Assembly: GCA_001179505.1 (NCBI GenBank)
Contig: CDMY01000384.1
Coordinates: 26,468 to 90,467, forward strand
Source of the DNA: Vitrella brassicaformis CCMP3155
Taxonomy: Eukaryota > Protista > Chromerida
Direction of reading: 5' to 3'
DNA length: 64,000 bases
The notes under the pieces are model-generated. The model searched no databases. It was not told where the DNA came from and saw only the letters and a program-made list of their open reading frames with translations. Both the position numbers and the translations under genes were made by a program. This document shows positions 22,396-33,750 of the stretch, in pieces (positions within the stretch are counted from its first letter, which is position 1; every line of letters starts with the position of its first letter).

Positions 22396-24316
22396 ACCTC
22401 TTCTACGCCATTGAGTGAGCACCCTGCATCGTTGTGAGCCCTCCTGACGGCCCACTGCACACGCGAGATCTGTCATCTGTCCTCACCCCTCCCTGCCTCC
22501 CTCCCTCCCTCCCTCCCTCTGGCGGTGTGCTCGGCCGACCCACAGGATGCACACACGAGTGACACACAGGCAGGGCGGCTGCTGGCGGCACTGACTGACA
22601 GACAGACAGACATCGGTGTGCAGTCAGGTGAGCGACCAGCGAGTGACACACCGAGGTGGTGCATGGCGCTGTGATGACGGCTGGTGCTTGTCATCTGTCT
22701 GTGTGTGGTGTGCTGCAGATGTCGCGTCGTGTGGTGTGTGTGGTGCGGCGGTGGTTGGCGACAGTCCTGCACTCGAACAACTGGTACGCCGAGAGAGATG
22801 GGCACACGGACAGCAGGACGCAGGCAGGACTCACACGCACGCACAGGTGTCTTGTCTGTCTGTCTGTCTCTGTGTGTGCAGGTGTGACTGACTGACTGAG
22901 TGGCTGATGACTCCGACGCGCTGATGGCGATGATATGTGCGGAAGGAAAGAAAGATCGGCCGATGAGTCGACGGACATGTCAACTGAAGTGAACTGGACC
23001 TCTCACTATGTCGCGTTTGGGTCGTATGTGCGTGTCGATTTGTCTGGCTGCCGCTGTCATGTCTCCTTTGACTGGCACTTGTCGGCCGTCTGCTGCCATG
23101 AGTGTGTCGGCCGGTGAGTGGGGGGCGGGGAGAGATGACAGACAGACAGACAGACAGAGAGGGAGGGAGGGAGGGATGATTGGCTGGCTGGCTGCACATG
23201 AATCGCTGTGTGGTGTGGTGTGGCGGCTGCGGTCTGTCTGTGACGAGGCCACGTGTCACGTCTGCTCGCGAGAGTGCTTTGATCTCTCGTCGATGCATCC
23301 GTCACACACGGCCGGCTGACAGACAGACGGGCCGACACACACCCTGATCTCTTCGCCTGCGTGACTGTGTGAGAAAGGGAGAGAGAGATATGATCTTTTT
23401 CTGTTTCTGTATGCTTTCGTGTCCTCCCCTCTCCCTCTGTGGGCATCTTATCAGCCTGCCGGCCACCCTAGAGCATCAGCCCATGAAGGGTGTTGGTGCT
23501 TGAGGGTTGCCGGGCGGTGACAGAGATGCGCAAGGGGGGGCGGGCGAGGGGATGAATGGACACACACACGAGACTGCTTACCCGTCCCGCCAAATGAGGC
23601 AGCGGGTGGGTCCTGTTGCCGACCGTCCTGATGTCATGCTTCTACGCACACGCGCACACACGCATGGACCGATGGATGGATGTGTCCACGTGTTGTGTCT
23701 GAGTGCGAGTCGTTTGCGTGGGTGTGGGTGGATTCGAGCTGTTGAGAGACGAGAGAGAGATGGGATACCGAGAGAGACGTCGATTTGGTTCTTGTGGTGT
23801 TGCCTGCGTGTGTCGGTGTGCTGACTGTGATCTTGTTTGTGACCACGAAACAAATTGATTGTTGATTATCACTCTGTGTGTGGTGGCCATCGACCGGCTG
23901 ACAGACACACACACACATACACACACAAAGGGGTGGACAGGCCACTCGTCGGTGTGCAGACTATACCATTGGCAGGCCAATGGCCAAGTCATTAAGGACA
24001 ACCCATGCGCTCAGGAGCCATTGCACTGCATCGGTCTCACATCAATAATAGTGCCTAAGCCGATCGCCGGCTGAGAAATGATCAATGACAGAGAGAGGAA
24101 CGATGTCATCTGTGTCTGTGTGTGAGTGAGACAGACACACAGATCTAGCTAGAGAGAGACGTCGAATGCGTTTCTGTGCGCTCTTCTCGGCTGGCCGTAC
24201 GTACGTGTGGCCGTCTTGAGAGGTTTGCTTGGGTTCGTTTCGGTGTGTCCGCGTCGGACAGGGAGTGAGGATACTGGCCCGACCGAAATAATAGCACAGC
24301 GCGACCAGCACAAGCA

Positions 24317-26736
24317 ATGCAACTCGCCGCAGCCTTGGCACTCAACCTGGCGGCGGCGGGAGTGCTCCTCCTCCTCCTCCTCCTCCTCCTCCTCCCTCTG
24401 TCGGTGCTGCCGTCTTGCCCTGTGGTGTCCGCCTCGCCACCTCTCGCCAGCCGTGCCCGCTTCTCATTTCCGTCCCCCTTCACCAAGGGCAAGCTGCTGA
24501 GGCGAGAGCTGCAGGACGGTGAGGAGGACGACTCAGAGGAGACTGGCAAGGAGGGCGCCACGCTGCAGCACCGGGTGGTGGGCCGCTTCGACGCCAAGAA
24601 GGCCCCGCCCAAGGACAAGCCGAAAGATGCGAAGAAGGAAGAGAGCAGCGTAAAGGAAGATAAGGAGGCTGAGGGTGATAAGGGTGATTACGAGCTGGAC
24701 TATGGCGAGGACGGCTTCAAGGGTGCCGTGCCAGAGCTCAAGGGCGGACCCAAAGGTGAAGAAGCTGCGGACGGAAAGGAGGAGGCCAACACAGAATCGC
24801 CACCTGATGATAATAATGAGGGCGAAGCAACCACGTCAACATCAACCACCACCACAAGCACGACCACCTCAACCACCACCACTACCACGACATCTACCAC
24901 TAAAGCCCCCAGCAAAGAGGAGCGGCAGGAGGCCACAGAGTCACCCTCTGACAGTGACGAGGGATGGGAGGACAACTACATCGAGGAGCCCGCCGCCAGC
25001 GGCTTGCAGGGCAAGACAGATGCTGACGCAAGTGAAACGGATGGAGGGAAGGCAGAGAAACAGCAGAAGGGGGACCCACAGGACGGTCAGGAGAAGGAGA
25101 CCACCAAGGAGTCCAAGCCCATCTCGATGGAGCAGGCGGTGAAGGCAAGGCTGCCTGCCAAGGATGAAAACCGGCAGAAAGAGGACAAGAAACAAGAGAA
25201 CAAGGCGGCAACAGCAAGCAAGCAGGATGCCACGGCAAGCACACCGGCAACATCTGCCACATTCTACTTCCGCAACAGCCTGACCAACGAGCGCATCCCG
25301 GTGCCGCTGCAGCCCGGCCGCACACGCAACCCCCTGCTCACACACCCATTCACCATCGAAATGGTCCTGGAACACCAGAGAGACGGAGCCAATGTGTCCG
25401 CCACACACGGCCTCCCCGCCCCAGCGGCCCAGGAGATCGCCGCCGTCGAGATGAGCCTCTTCATGGAGACCGCTGACAAGAGGCGGCTAGAGGAGGTCCA
25501 TCTTCACTCACCCTCTGCGATGTCGCTGCGTGTGTCGTCTCTCGCCGACAACAAAGGTGATGTTACAGCTGTTGGCGAGACGCCCCTGCTGAGTGTGGAG
25601 CACCGCAAGGAGCCGTATGTGATGTGCAGCGACGGGCAGAGGGGCTGCTGGGTGGGGGACTTCCCTGGCACTTATCGGGTGCGGGCCGTGTTCCGGAGTG
25701 TGCATGGCAACACCCTGCCGCCCGTCGAAGTGCTCATCGATGTGCCGAGTGAGCGGCGTGGGTGTTTGTATGTCAACAACCGTCATGTGTCCGGCTGTCT
25801 GTGTGCTTCTGCATCCTTCAGGGCTCGATCCCCGTGCTGCCGACTGCCTGGCAGTTGGCGGTGTGCCGAGCAAATCGCCGGCCGACGACAAGGATGCCGA
25901 CAGGCTGGCGTGCTGCCCCGTTGCGTGTGGGAGATGTGACGCTGCACCCGACACCGACGAGTGCGTCAGGACACCGGAGTGCTGCCCTTCTCGCGTTCTC
26001 GAGAGTGACCAAGCGACGGTGTGCAGAAGTGAAGACGGCAGCAAGGATGCAGCAGCGCCGCCATGCTTCACAGGCACGGGAGCATCCACATACACATCCA
26101 CACACACACAATTGGACGGGTGGGCATGACAACGCTCGTGTGCGTGTGGCTGCAGAGCCCTCATCGCGTCTCGGGGATCTGTATTTCGTCCATCCGGCGA
26201 CCGGGCAACGCATCGGCCCGCCCCTCCTCCCGCCCCCACACATCAACCGGCAGCTCACATCGCCATTCAACATGGAGGTCCACACATGGCACGCCACCAA
26301 AGACGACAAGCCGTCCATCAAGATGGAGCTGGCGCGCATCGACGGACTCATCGGCCACGACGCCGCATACGCCGGCGCGCTGATGAACGTATCATTGCCG
26401 TATCTCGATGCCGGCAAGGACGGCGACATGTGGCCTACAAAAGCGAAGGAGCGGATGGCAAATGCGGTCGAGGCGGGGGCGGTGCTGTCACGTGTGGGCT
26501 CTGGGGCGCCGTTCACTCTGTGTCAAGCCAAAGACGGTGGCAAGAGGGACGCACTGGGGGCGTGCGAGGTCCGTGCCGATGGAGACAAGAAGGGGAGCCA
26601 GCTGCCCGGGGGCATGTATCGGCTCACGGCCACCATGCTGGACGAAAAGCAGCAGCCAGTCGGCCAGCAACAGACGGCCATCATACAACTGGAACGTGCG
26701 CAAGAGAAGCAAGAAAGAAACTCACACACCTTTGTT

Positions 26737-26767
<31 letters not shown>

Positions 26768-29700
26768 GTGTGCTTGCAGGCCCGTCCGCGTCTGAGGCGC
26801 AGTGCTTCGAGCACTTGGGTGTGCTTGACGTCGCATCCCAGGCCTGCTGTGCGTCCACATGCGGGGTGTGCCACACAGACGATAGTCAGCAGTGCAGTGA
26901 CCGCTGGGGCGGAGCCGAGAGCTGCTGTGCCAATAGGATCGTGGAGACCAGGACATTCTGCAGCCATGCCAAGGCGGCGCCGTGCATCGGTGGTAGCCTA
27001 GGCGCGGTGCGGGGCGCAGATCCATTTCGCACATCCGTCATCGTCTCAATGCGTGTGTGGTTCAGATGCATCCTTGAGTCTCGGCGAGTTATCCCTGATC
27101 CGGCCGACAGTCACCACCGAGACGGCCACTACCGCCCCCTCTGCCCTCATACCCCTCAACGCCACCACTCAGCCACAAGCACAGCCATTCGATCTCACGT
27201 CCCTCATTGCTGACCTATCGACCACCACCGCCCAGCAGCCTGCAGGCCCCCTTCTCGCGGTCACTCAATCCTCAGCGGCTGATTTCAACTTCCACGTAAC
27301 CATCAACGGCCTCCCGCGGCAGCATGACGGCTTGGTCGGCGTCAAATTCGATGTGCACCGGGTGGAAAAGGGCAAGAAGGAAAATGCCGCAGCGCTGTTC
27401 CTGACACGCGAGCAGAGAGAGCCTCCGTATGCTCTGTGCTCGTCGAGTGACGGGAGGGAGCGGCTGGTTTATCGGGGGTGTGGGTGGCCTGCGGGTCAGT
27501 ACCGTGTGACGGCCCAGATGATGTCCCAGGGCAAGCCTCTCAAGTCGCCTGTGGAGGTCACTGTCAAGACAAAGGGTGAGAAGTGGGATGGATACACGAG
27601 ACAGGGTGACTGCATGTCGATCTGTGTGCTCTGTGCATCCCTTTGAAGGTCCGTCTGCAGCGGCCAATGCGGTGGGCATGGACGGCGTCTCAACCTCCGC
27701 CGATTTCTCAACCTTCCTGTGCTCGCGCATCCGCGGCCACATGAGCGACGACAAGGACTATGCGACCAGCTGCTGCCCCGCATTCTGCTCAACCTGCGGC
27801 GCGTCACAATGCGCGAAAAGCGGCAGCGAGAAGCAGCGCCCATCGCCCCTCGACTGGGCCCGCCTGCCGTCCGTCCCCCCACACGCATTCGCCAACACCA
27901 CCACACTGCTCACATATCTGAAAAGAGACCAAGAGGGAGGTGGTGTGGTGGATGGTGTGGTGGATGGGCAGCATCGCGATTCGCTGGTTGCGAGGCGTGC
28001 AAAAGGTATGGAGGCGGTTGATCGTGCTGAGGCGCTGGCAAGGCTGGAGAGGGAGGTGCGGGAGCGGCTGTGCTGCGCGTCGTTCGTGGCTGAGCATTTC
28101 GGGTCCTGTTGGGAGGGGGCCTCGCCGCACCCCCCATGTTTGGCGGACGAGCCAGAAGCCAAAACCTTCGCAAACAGCCAGGGTGAGCATTCCGACTCGT
28201 TGTCCTTCACGCTTGTCTGGACCTCTGTGCCTGGCCGTCCTTCAGTGGCTGTCAGCCCGTTGCTGACTTCCATTAGCTTCATCGATCCCATCCCCCCCGG
28301 CGCTGCCAAGCCCTCCACAGCCACGGCAAGCAACGTGCCTCTCTACCTGCCGAACGAAGCAGCGTTCAATGACCAACCAGCAGATGCGTACGAGCTGATC
28401 CCGCCCCTCGCACCCCGCATCCACGGCACACCGAGACACCTGCCCGTCGCTTTCGCCACGCCCCAGCTCAAGAGCCCTTTCAATCTGCAGATCGGCCTCC
28501 ACCCCGCCATTGACGAAGACACCTCCCACATCGGGTTCCACGTCATGGTCCGCCGCGGCAAGGAGGTGGTGTCGCAGCTCTGGGACTTCCGCGCCCCTTT
28601 CACGCTCTGTGAAGACATTGTGAGTGACGGCCAGGATATTGTCAAGGAGTTCTGCGGTTTCGAAGGTCGGCCTGGCAACTACACGATCGTTGCGCAGGCC
28701 TTCTGGCTGCAGGGGAGGGAGGGGGAGGGGAAGGGTGTGAAAGAGGAAACAGAGAGGGCGAGGCGGCTGCAGGGTCAGGACGACGCGCAGCTCGCAGCAT
28801 GGCACGGGGCCACTGAGAAAGAGGTGTCCGCCACATTCAATCGTAGACCGATCGGACCACCCATCACCATGAGCATCGACGTCCCCGGTGAGTCAGGCCT
28901 GCTAACGTCCGTCCAACCAACCCTGTCGGTCGAGTGACCTCCTTGTCTCTGTGTGCGTCTCTGTGTCTCAGAGAAGTCCCCCGCCGTGGAAGAGTGCTTC
29001 CGCTCACACGGCATCCTGCAGCCTTCCCCCACACCACACTCCCCTTCTCTGGCCTGCTGCCCAGCCGAGTGTGGCCGGTGCGACAACGACGATGGCGAGT
29101 GTGCCGTCCGCGGCAGGGCCCTCTTCCTCGACCCACGTGCGTGCTGCCCCAATGAGATCCTCAAGGCGGCTGTCGGCATGAAGACCTACAAGAGTGACAG
29201 TGACGGCGAGACACGAATGCCAATAGGCGAGCCGTCGCCTCGGTGCGCGCTGCAGGGTGCAGCGCCGTGTGTGGCGGCCACGAGCGGGTTGAGTGTTGCG
29301 CTGCGGCGAGACATCTGCGAGAGCGCCCTCAATGGGAACTTTAACGCTTTGCACAACACATGCTGCTCGGGGTCATGCGGCACATGTGCGGCAGACTCAA
29401 TCTGCCACCTGCGACAGGGCGGGGCCGATGGCTGCTGCCCCCTCACCATCACAGACCAGCAGCAGTTGCCGTGCTCAGCCAAGGGAGCGGCGCCATGCCT
29501 TGTCGACGATGGGCCCTACCATTTCCCGTCCGCTGAGGTCCGCAGATGGGCATTTCGTCCGTCAGAACAACCAAGACGGTCCGCTCACGGCTGCAGCGTC
29601 GACACGCCAAGCCGGTGTGTGATCTACCAGGTGGTCACTGACCGCTTTGCGCTCTCGCCAGGCAGTGAATCGGACGATGTGTGTGCCGGGGAGGTGGAGA

Positions 29701-32190
29701 GCGAGTGTCAGGCCATGGCTGGCGGGGTCGGTGAGGTGGGTCATGGGTATAGGGGTCGGTACTGTGGCGGCAGCTTCAAGGGCATGGCGGCGAAGGTGGC
29801 CTACCTCCGAGACCTGCACGTCACGTCGCTGTGGATGTCCCCACTAATGCAGAACACCAAATGCACTTTCGACGGTAGGTATCCACTCACAGCGCACAGA
29901 TGTGTCCATCTCGCTGGTCAGGTCATGCTGTGTCTTTCTCTCTCTGTGTGTGTGTGTGTCATGCAGGGTCCGCCCCGAGCAACTGGGAGCGCATCAACAG
30001 CCACTTCGGTACGTCAGCTGACCTGCAGTCGCTCGTCACGGCCGCCCACAGCCAGCACATCGGCCTGATACCCGAGGTGGTCGTCAACCACGTCGGCAGG
30101 GCGGGGCCGCACTGGGGCGACGTCGTGTCGTCCCAGCGGCCCGCATACGCCACCATTTACCCCTTCAACGCCACCCACTTCTACCGCCCCTTCGCAAAGT
30201 GCCACCCTGCCAGCGAGGTGGCCAGCACCTCCAAGCTCACATCACGCGAGCGCATCAGACGGCTGGAGCAGTGCTGGCTCAATAGCTACCCCGACCTCGA
30301 TACGACCGACCCATTCGTGGAGGAGTATCTCTCACAGTGGGCTCTTGACGTGGTGCTGCGGTACCAGTTCGACGGCGTTGCTGTGAGGGACATCGGACAT
30401 GTCGACACGGCTTTCTGGGAGCGGTTCCTGCGGCACTTGTCCACCCCAACAGAGCGGGGGGCGAGGAAAATGTGGGCGATCGGCGAAGGCATGACCTTTC
30501 CCGATGAAGCGCTTGGCTCGAGGGCGTTGCAGCTGCAGCACCTGGCGGCTTACCAACACCGGCAGCAGGCCAGCATGTTTGATGGCGTGCTCAACTACCC
30601 CCTGACATGGGCGCTGCGAGAGGCCTTCGCGCCCGATGTGGTGAGACGCAAGTCGATGCACGGGGTGGCCGAGACCTTCGCCCTCATGAAGCAGCTCTAC
30701 AGCGCTCCAGGTCGAGCGGTGAACTTCCTGGAGAGTGTGGACATGCCCCGGTTTCTGCACGGAACGCTCCCATGGGACATGGGGCGGAACGAGGCGCCAA
30801 GCCGGGACACGCTGTCGATGGACGCACCGTCTGTGCGGCAGTACCAGAATGCACTCACCATTGTGGGGGCTGCGGAGGGGGTCCCCATGTTCATCTACGG
30901 CACAGAACAGATCAAAATGGCTGACAAAGGTGCGTTGGCAAGGGGGGAAACACATTGACGGATAAATGTACGTGTGTGTGTGTGTGTGTAGATGAGCGTG
31001 CGCCACTCTGGCTGAGTGCGTATGACACGGCAGAGGGGTCGCTCTACGGCTTCCTGAAGACCCTCAGTGCCCTCCGCGTCAACGGGCATCTCGACGGGCC
31101 GCAGAGAGAGCTCCTGGTGACGGAGACAGGGAGGGAGGGGAAAGACCGCCCCAGCCCACCCACCCACCCAACCACATGTGTGTGTCGTGTGTCTTGTCTC
31201 AGGTGGAAGATGACGTATACGCCTTCAGCCGGGGCGACGGCGGCAGTGCCGGCACAGGCACATACGCCATCGTCGTCGCCACCAACATGGGCGTCGGCAA
31301 ACACACGACCATCAAGATCCCCAAACGCGCCCTGCCCTCCTCGCTTGTCGACACTGATGCGGCAGAGCAGGGTCTGTGTGAGGCACTGATTCCTTTGGGC
31401 AACGCGGCTCACTGCTTTGGGCTGAGTGTGCGGTTGGAGGGCAAGGAGAAGTGTGTCGTGCCTAAGGGAGAGGGGGACGCTGCGCAGGTGGAGGAGATAT
31501 ATGACCCTGACACTTGCCTGGTCAGCAAGCCCACACACACACACACACGACATATAGCCACCCACCGCTTGTGTGTTCCGTCTCTGTGCCACGCACAGGC
31601 GCAGGAGGGCTGCTGCTGGGTGCCCATGTCCGGCCAGCCGTCGTGCTTCAAAGCCAGAGAGGGAAACGGAGACAAAGGTGCCCTCACAGCACAGGCCCTG
31701 TCAGCGCCGTCACCGTCGAGTGACTGCCCGACGGACGCTCTGTTCGAGGAGAGGTGGCCGTGTGGCTCAATCCGCGACCAACACGCTTGCAGGGTAAGTG
31801 GGCACACAGACCATGTGAATGAGCACCGGCTGGGTAATCATCTGAGTGCGTGTCTGTCTCATGCAGGCTCAAGGGTGCTGCTGGGACCCCCAGCCCGACT
31901 CGTTAACGAGCCCGCCATGCTTCACCACATCACCCCATTCTCCCCCCAGCCCCCACACACACGCATCAACGTCGGCGTCGTCTCTCCAGGCCGACACCAC
32001 CCAGTCGCCCCCGCCGCCGCCGCAGCAGCTGACCACAAGTGACTGCTACCCTGTGTCTGCCCCTGGGGGCGAGGAGGGCGATGGTTATGTGCACATTCCC
32101 ATCCGTGGTGGGATGCCCCGGGTGCTGCTGCCCAGACACACGTACACGCCGTCAGCGGCAGTGCAGGTCCATGGCATCAGCGATGAATGA
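24317..32190 (+). CDS. Giant secreted modular protein: signal peptide, acidic/Thr-rich stalk, 4 beta-rich modules alternating with 5 Cys-rich modules, a GH13 alpha-amylase-like domain with degenerate catalytic motifs, 2 trefoil-like domains
   Basis: Leu-rich leader. GH13 motifs: IYQVVTDRFA, GGSFKGMAAKVAYLRDLHVTSLWMSP, HFGT, EVVVNH, PDLDT, FDGVAVRDIGH, IGE, FLESVD, GVPMFIYGTEQ. Trefoil-like CPTDALFEERWPCGSIRDQHACR|AQGCCWDP..PPCF. The introns checked join the exons in frame. Confidence 0.75.
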
Positions 32191-32610
32191 GGGGAGCTCG
32201 GCTGTGGCGCCCGATATATGGGTGGGTGATCTAGGTGCGGTGTGGTGTCTCTGTGCTGTTGCTGTCGGACGGAGTGCCTGTTGGTGTGTGTTGGTAGGTA
32301 GTTTGGTGGGATGGGGGGGGGCTGTCGTGTGCATGCTGCTGGTCTGTCTCCATCAAAGCGTGCGTGTGTGTGTGCGTGTAGTAGTAGATTTTTGCTGACG
32401 TCTAAACGTCAGTCACTTTCTGACCGAAGAGAGTAGTGAACACTACACACCACACGCCAGTAGAAGCACATCCAACACACGTACACACACGCACTGGGCT
32501 GCTTTGCTTACATACAATTGGCCACAACACTGACACATTTAATTACGACGCCAATTCGGTGCATGAGAGATTTGGTTTCGTTTGGTTTGGTTTGCCCGGG
32601 GTGTGTGAAT

Positions 32611-32642
<32 letters not shown>

Positions 32643-33750
32643 GGATGTAAGGAGACTTGATATGATGTAGTATGACAGTGGGAGTGTCCACATGCATATA
32701 AATGTGTGCAGGGTACGGTCGGTACACACAGAGGCGGGGAGAGAGCCACGACACGCACACACTTTGTGTCACCAGGCAGACAGACAGACAGATGCCATAG
32801 AGGTCTCGATAAGCTCAACCAGTGAGAGCCTCAGCGCCCTGTCCGTCGGCATTTCCTTGGTGTGGCAGCACCTGGCAACGCAAACCGATGAAGGCTCGCC
32901 GCGCCTCATCGACTGACATCGCCGGGCGCTCCCCGACCACGGAGTTGCCGACGTGATGGAGCGTCTTGTTGCAAGGGGAGAGAGAAGCGCACGCAAAAAT
33001 CGACACAGGAAAGCAGCTACAGTAGAAGCTCAGACCAGCTTGACAAATCAACAACTCATCCATCCATCCAGCCAGCCATCCAGCCATCGACTCATCGACT
33101 CAGGTCACTCAATCACTCATCCGCTCACGGAGAAACGCATACCTCTGCACATGAAGTGAAGGTCAGAAAGCGTATTGGCTGGCGAGGCGGGGACGCTCAG
33201 CCGTTTACTTTGCTGCGAAAAACGAGGCAAAGCAAAGAATGACAGAGACAGAACGGAGAAAGAAAGACACAAGAGCTGGCGCCGCCCAGCTGGCCAGTGA
33301 TACGTGTGTGTATGCGTGTATGTGTGTATGCACTATGTACACCTGCACCCACAGACAGGCATCCGCGTGTGAGCAGCAGTGTGCCGTGATGTCAGCCGGC
33401 TGTGGGCCACCGGCCTCTCGTCAGCTCATTCGCAGACAACGAGGGGGCGATCGCCAACATCGAGCCGACACCACGGCACGTACAGCCGCCCACCACGACC
33501 CACAGCAATACACCAAAAGCACCAGACAACCATCGTCACACGTGTCGGGTCAGGCAGGACCTTCCTTAAGTCTTAAGTACCTGTGTTGTCACGCATACAT
33601 GACAGACATCATGTGTATAAAGCGGCCCCATGCCCGCATCCACGCCACAACGAGAAACGACCGATGAAAGAAACGAATAAAACCCCACAACGACCGACCA
33701 ACACACGAAGATCGCTTCACACAGCATCTATCCATCCATTCATCCATCCA

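Noticed and set aside
22500-22560. CASCGSAEH zinc-knuckle (gag-like) on the minus strand
   Set aside because: The fourth ligand Cys is missing, there is no supporting ORF, and no RT or integrase is nearby.
22400-24100. Possible gene(s) between PRIM2 and the GH13 protein
   Set aside because: Microsatellite introns hint at a transcript, but I could not assemble a consistent exon chain or recognise a product.
32769-33087. Short minus-strand ORFs downstream of both the GH13 and NRPS genes
   Set aside because: No recognisable motif or splice-supported extension.
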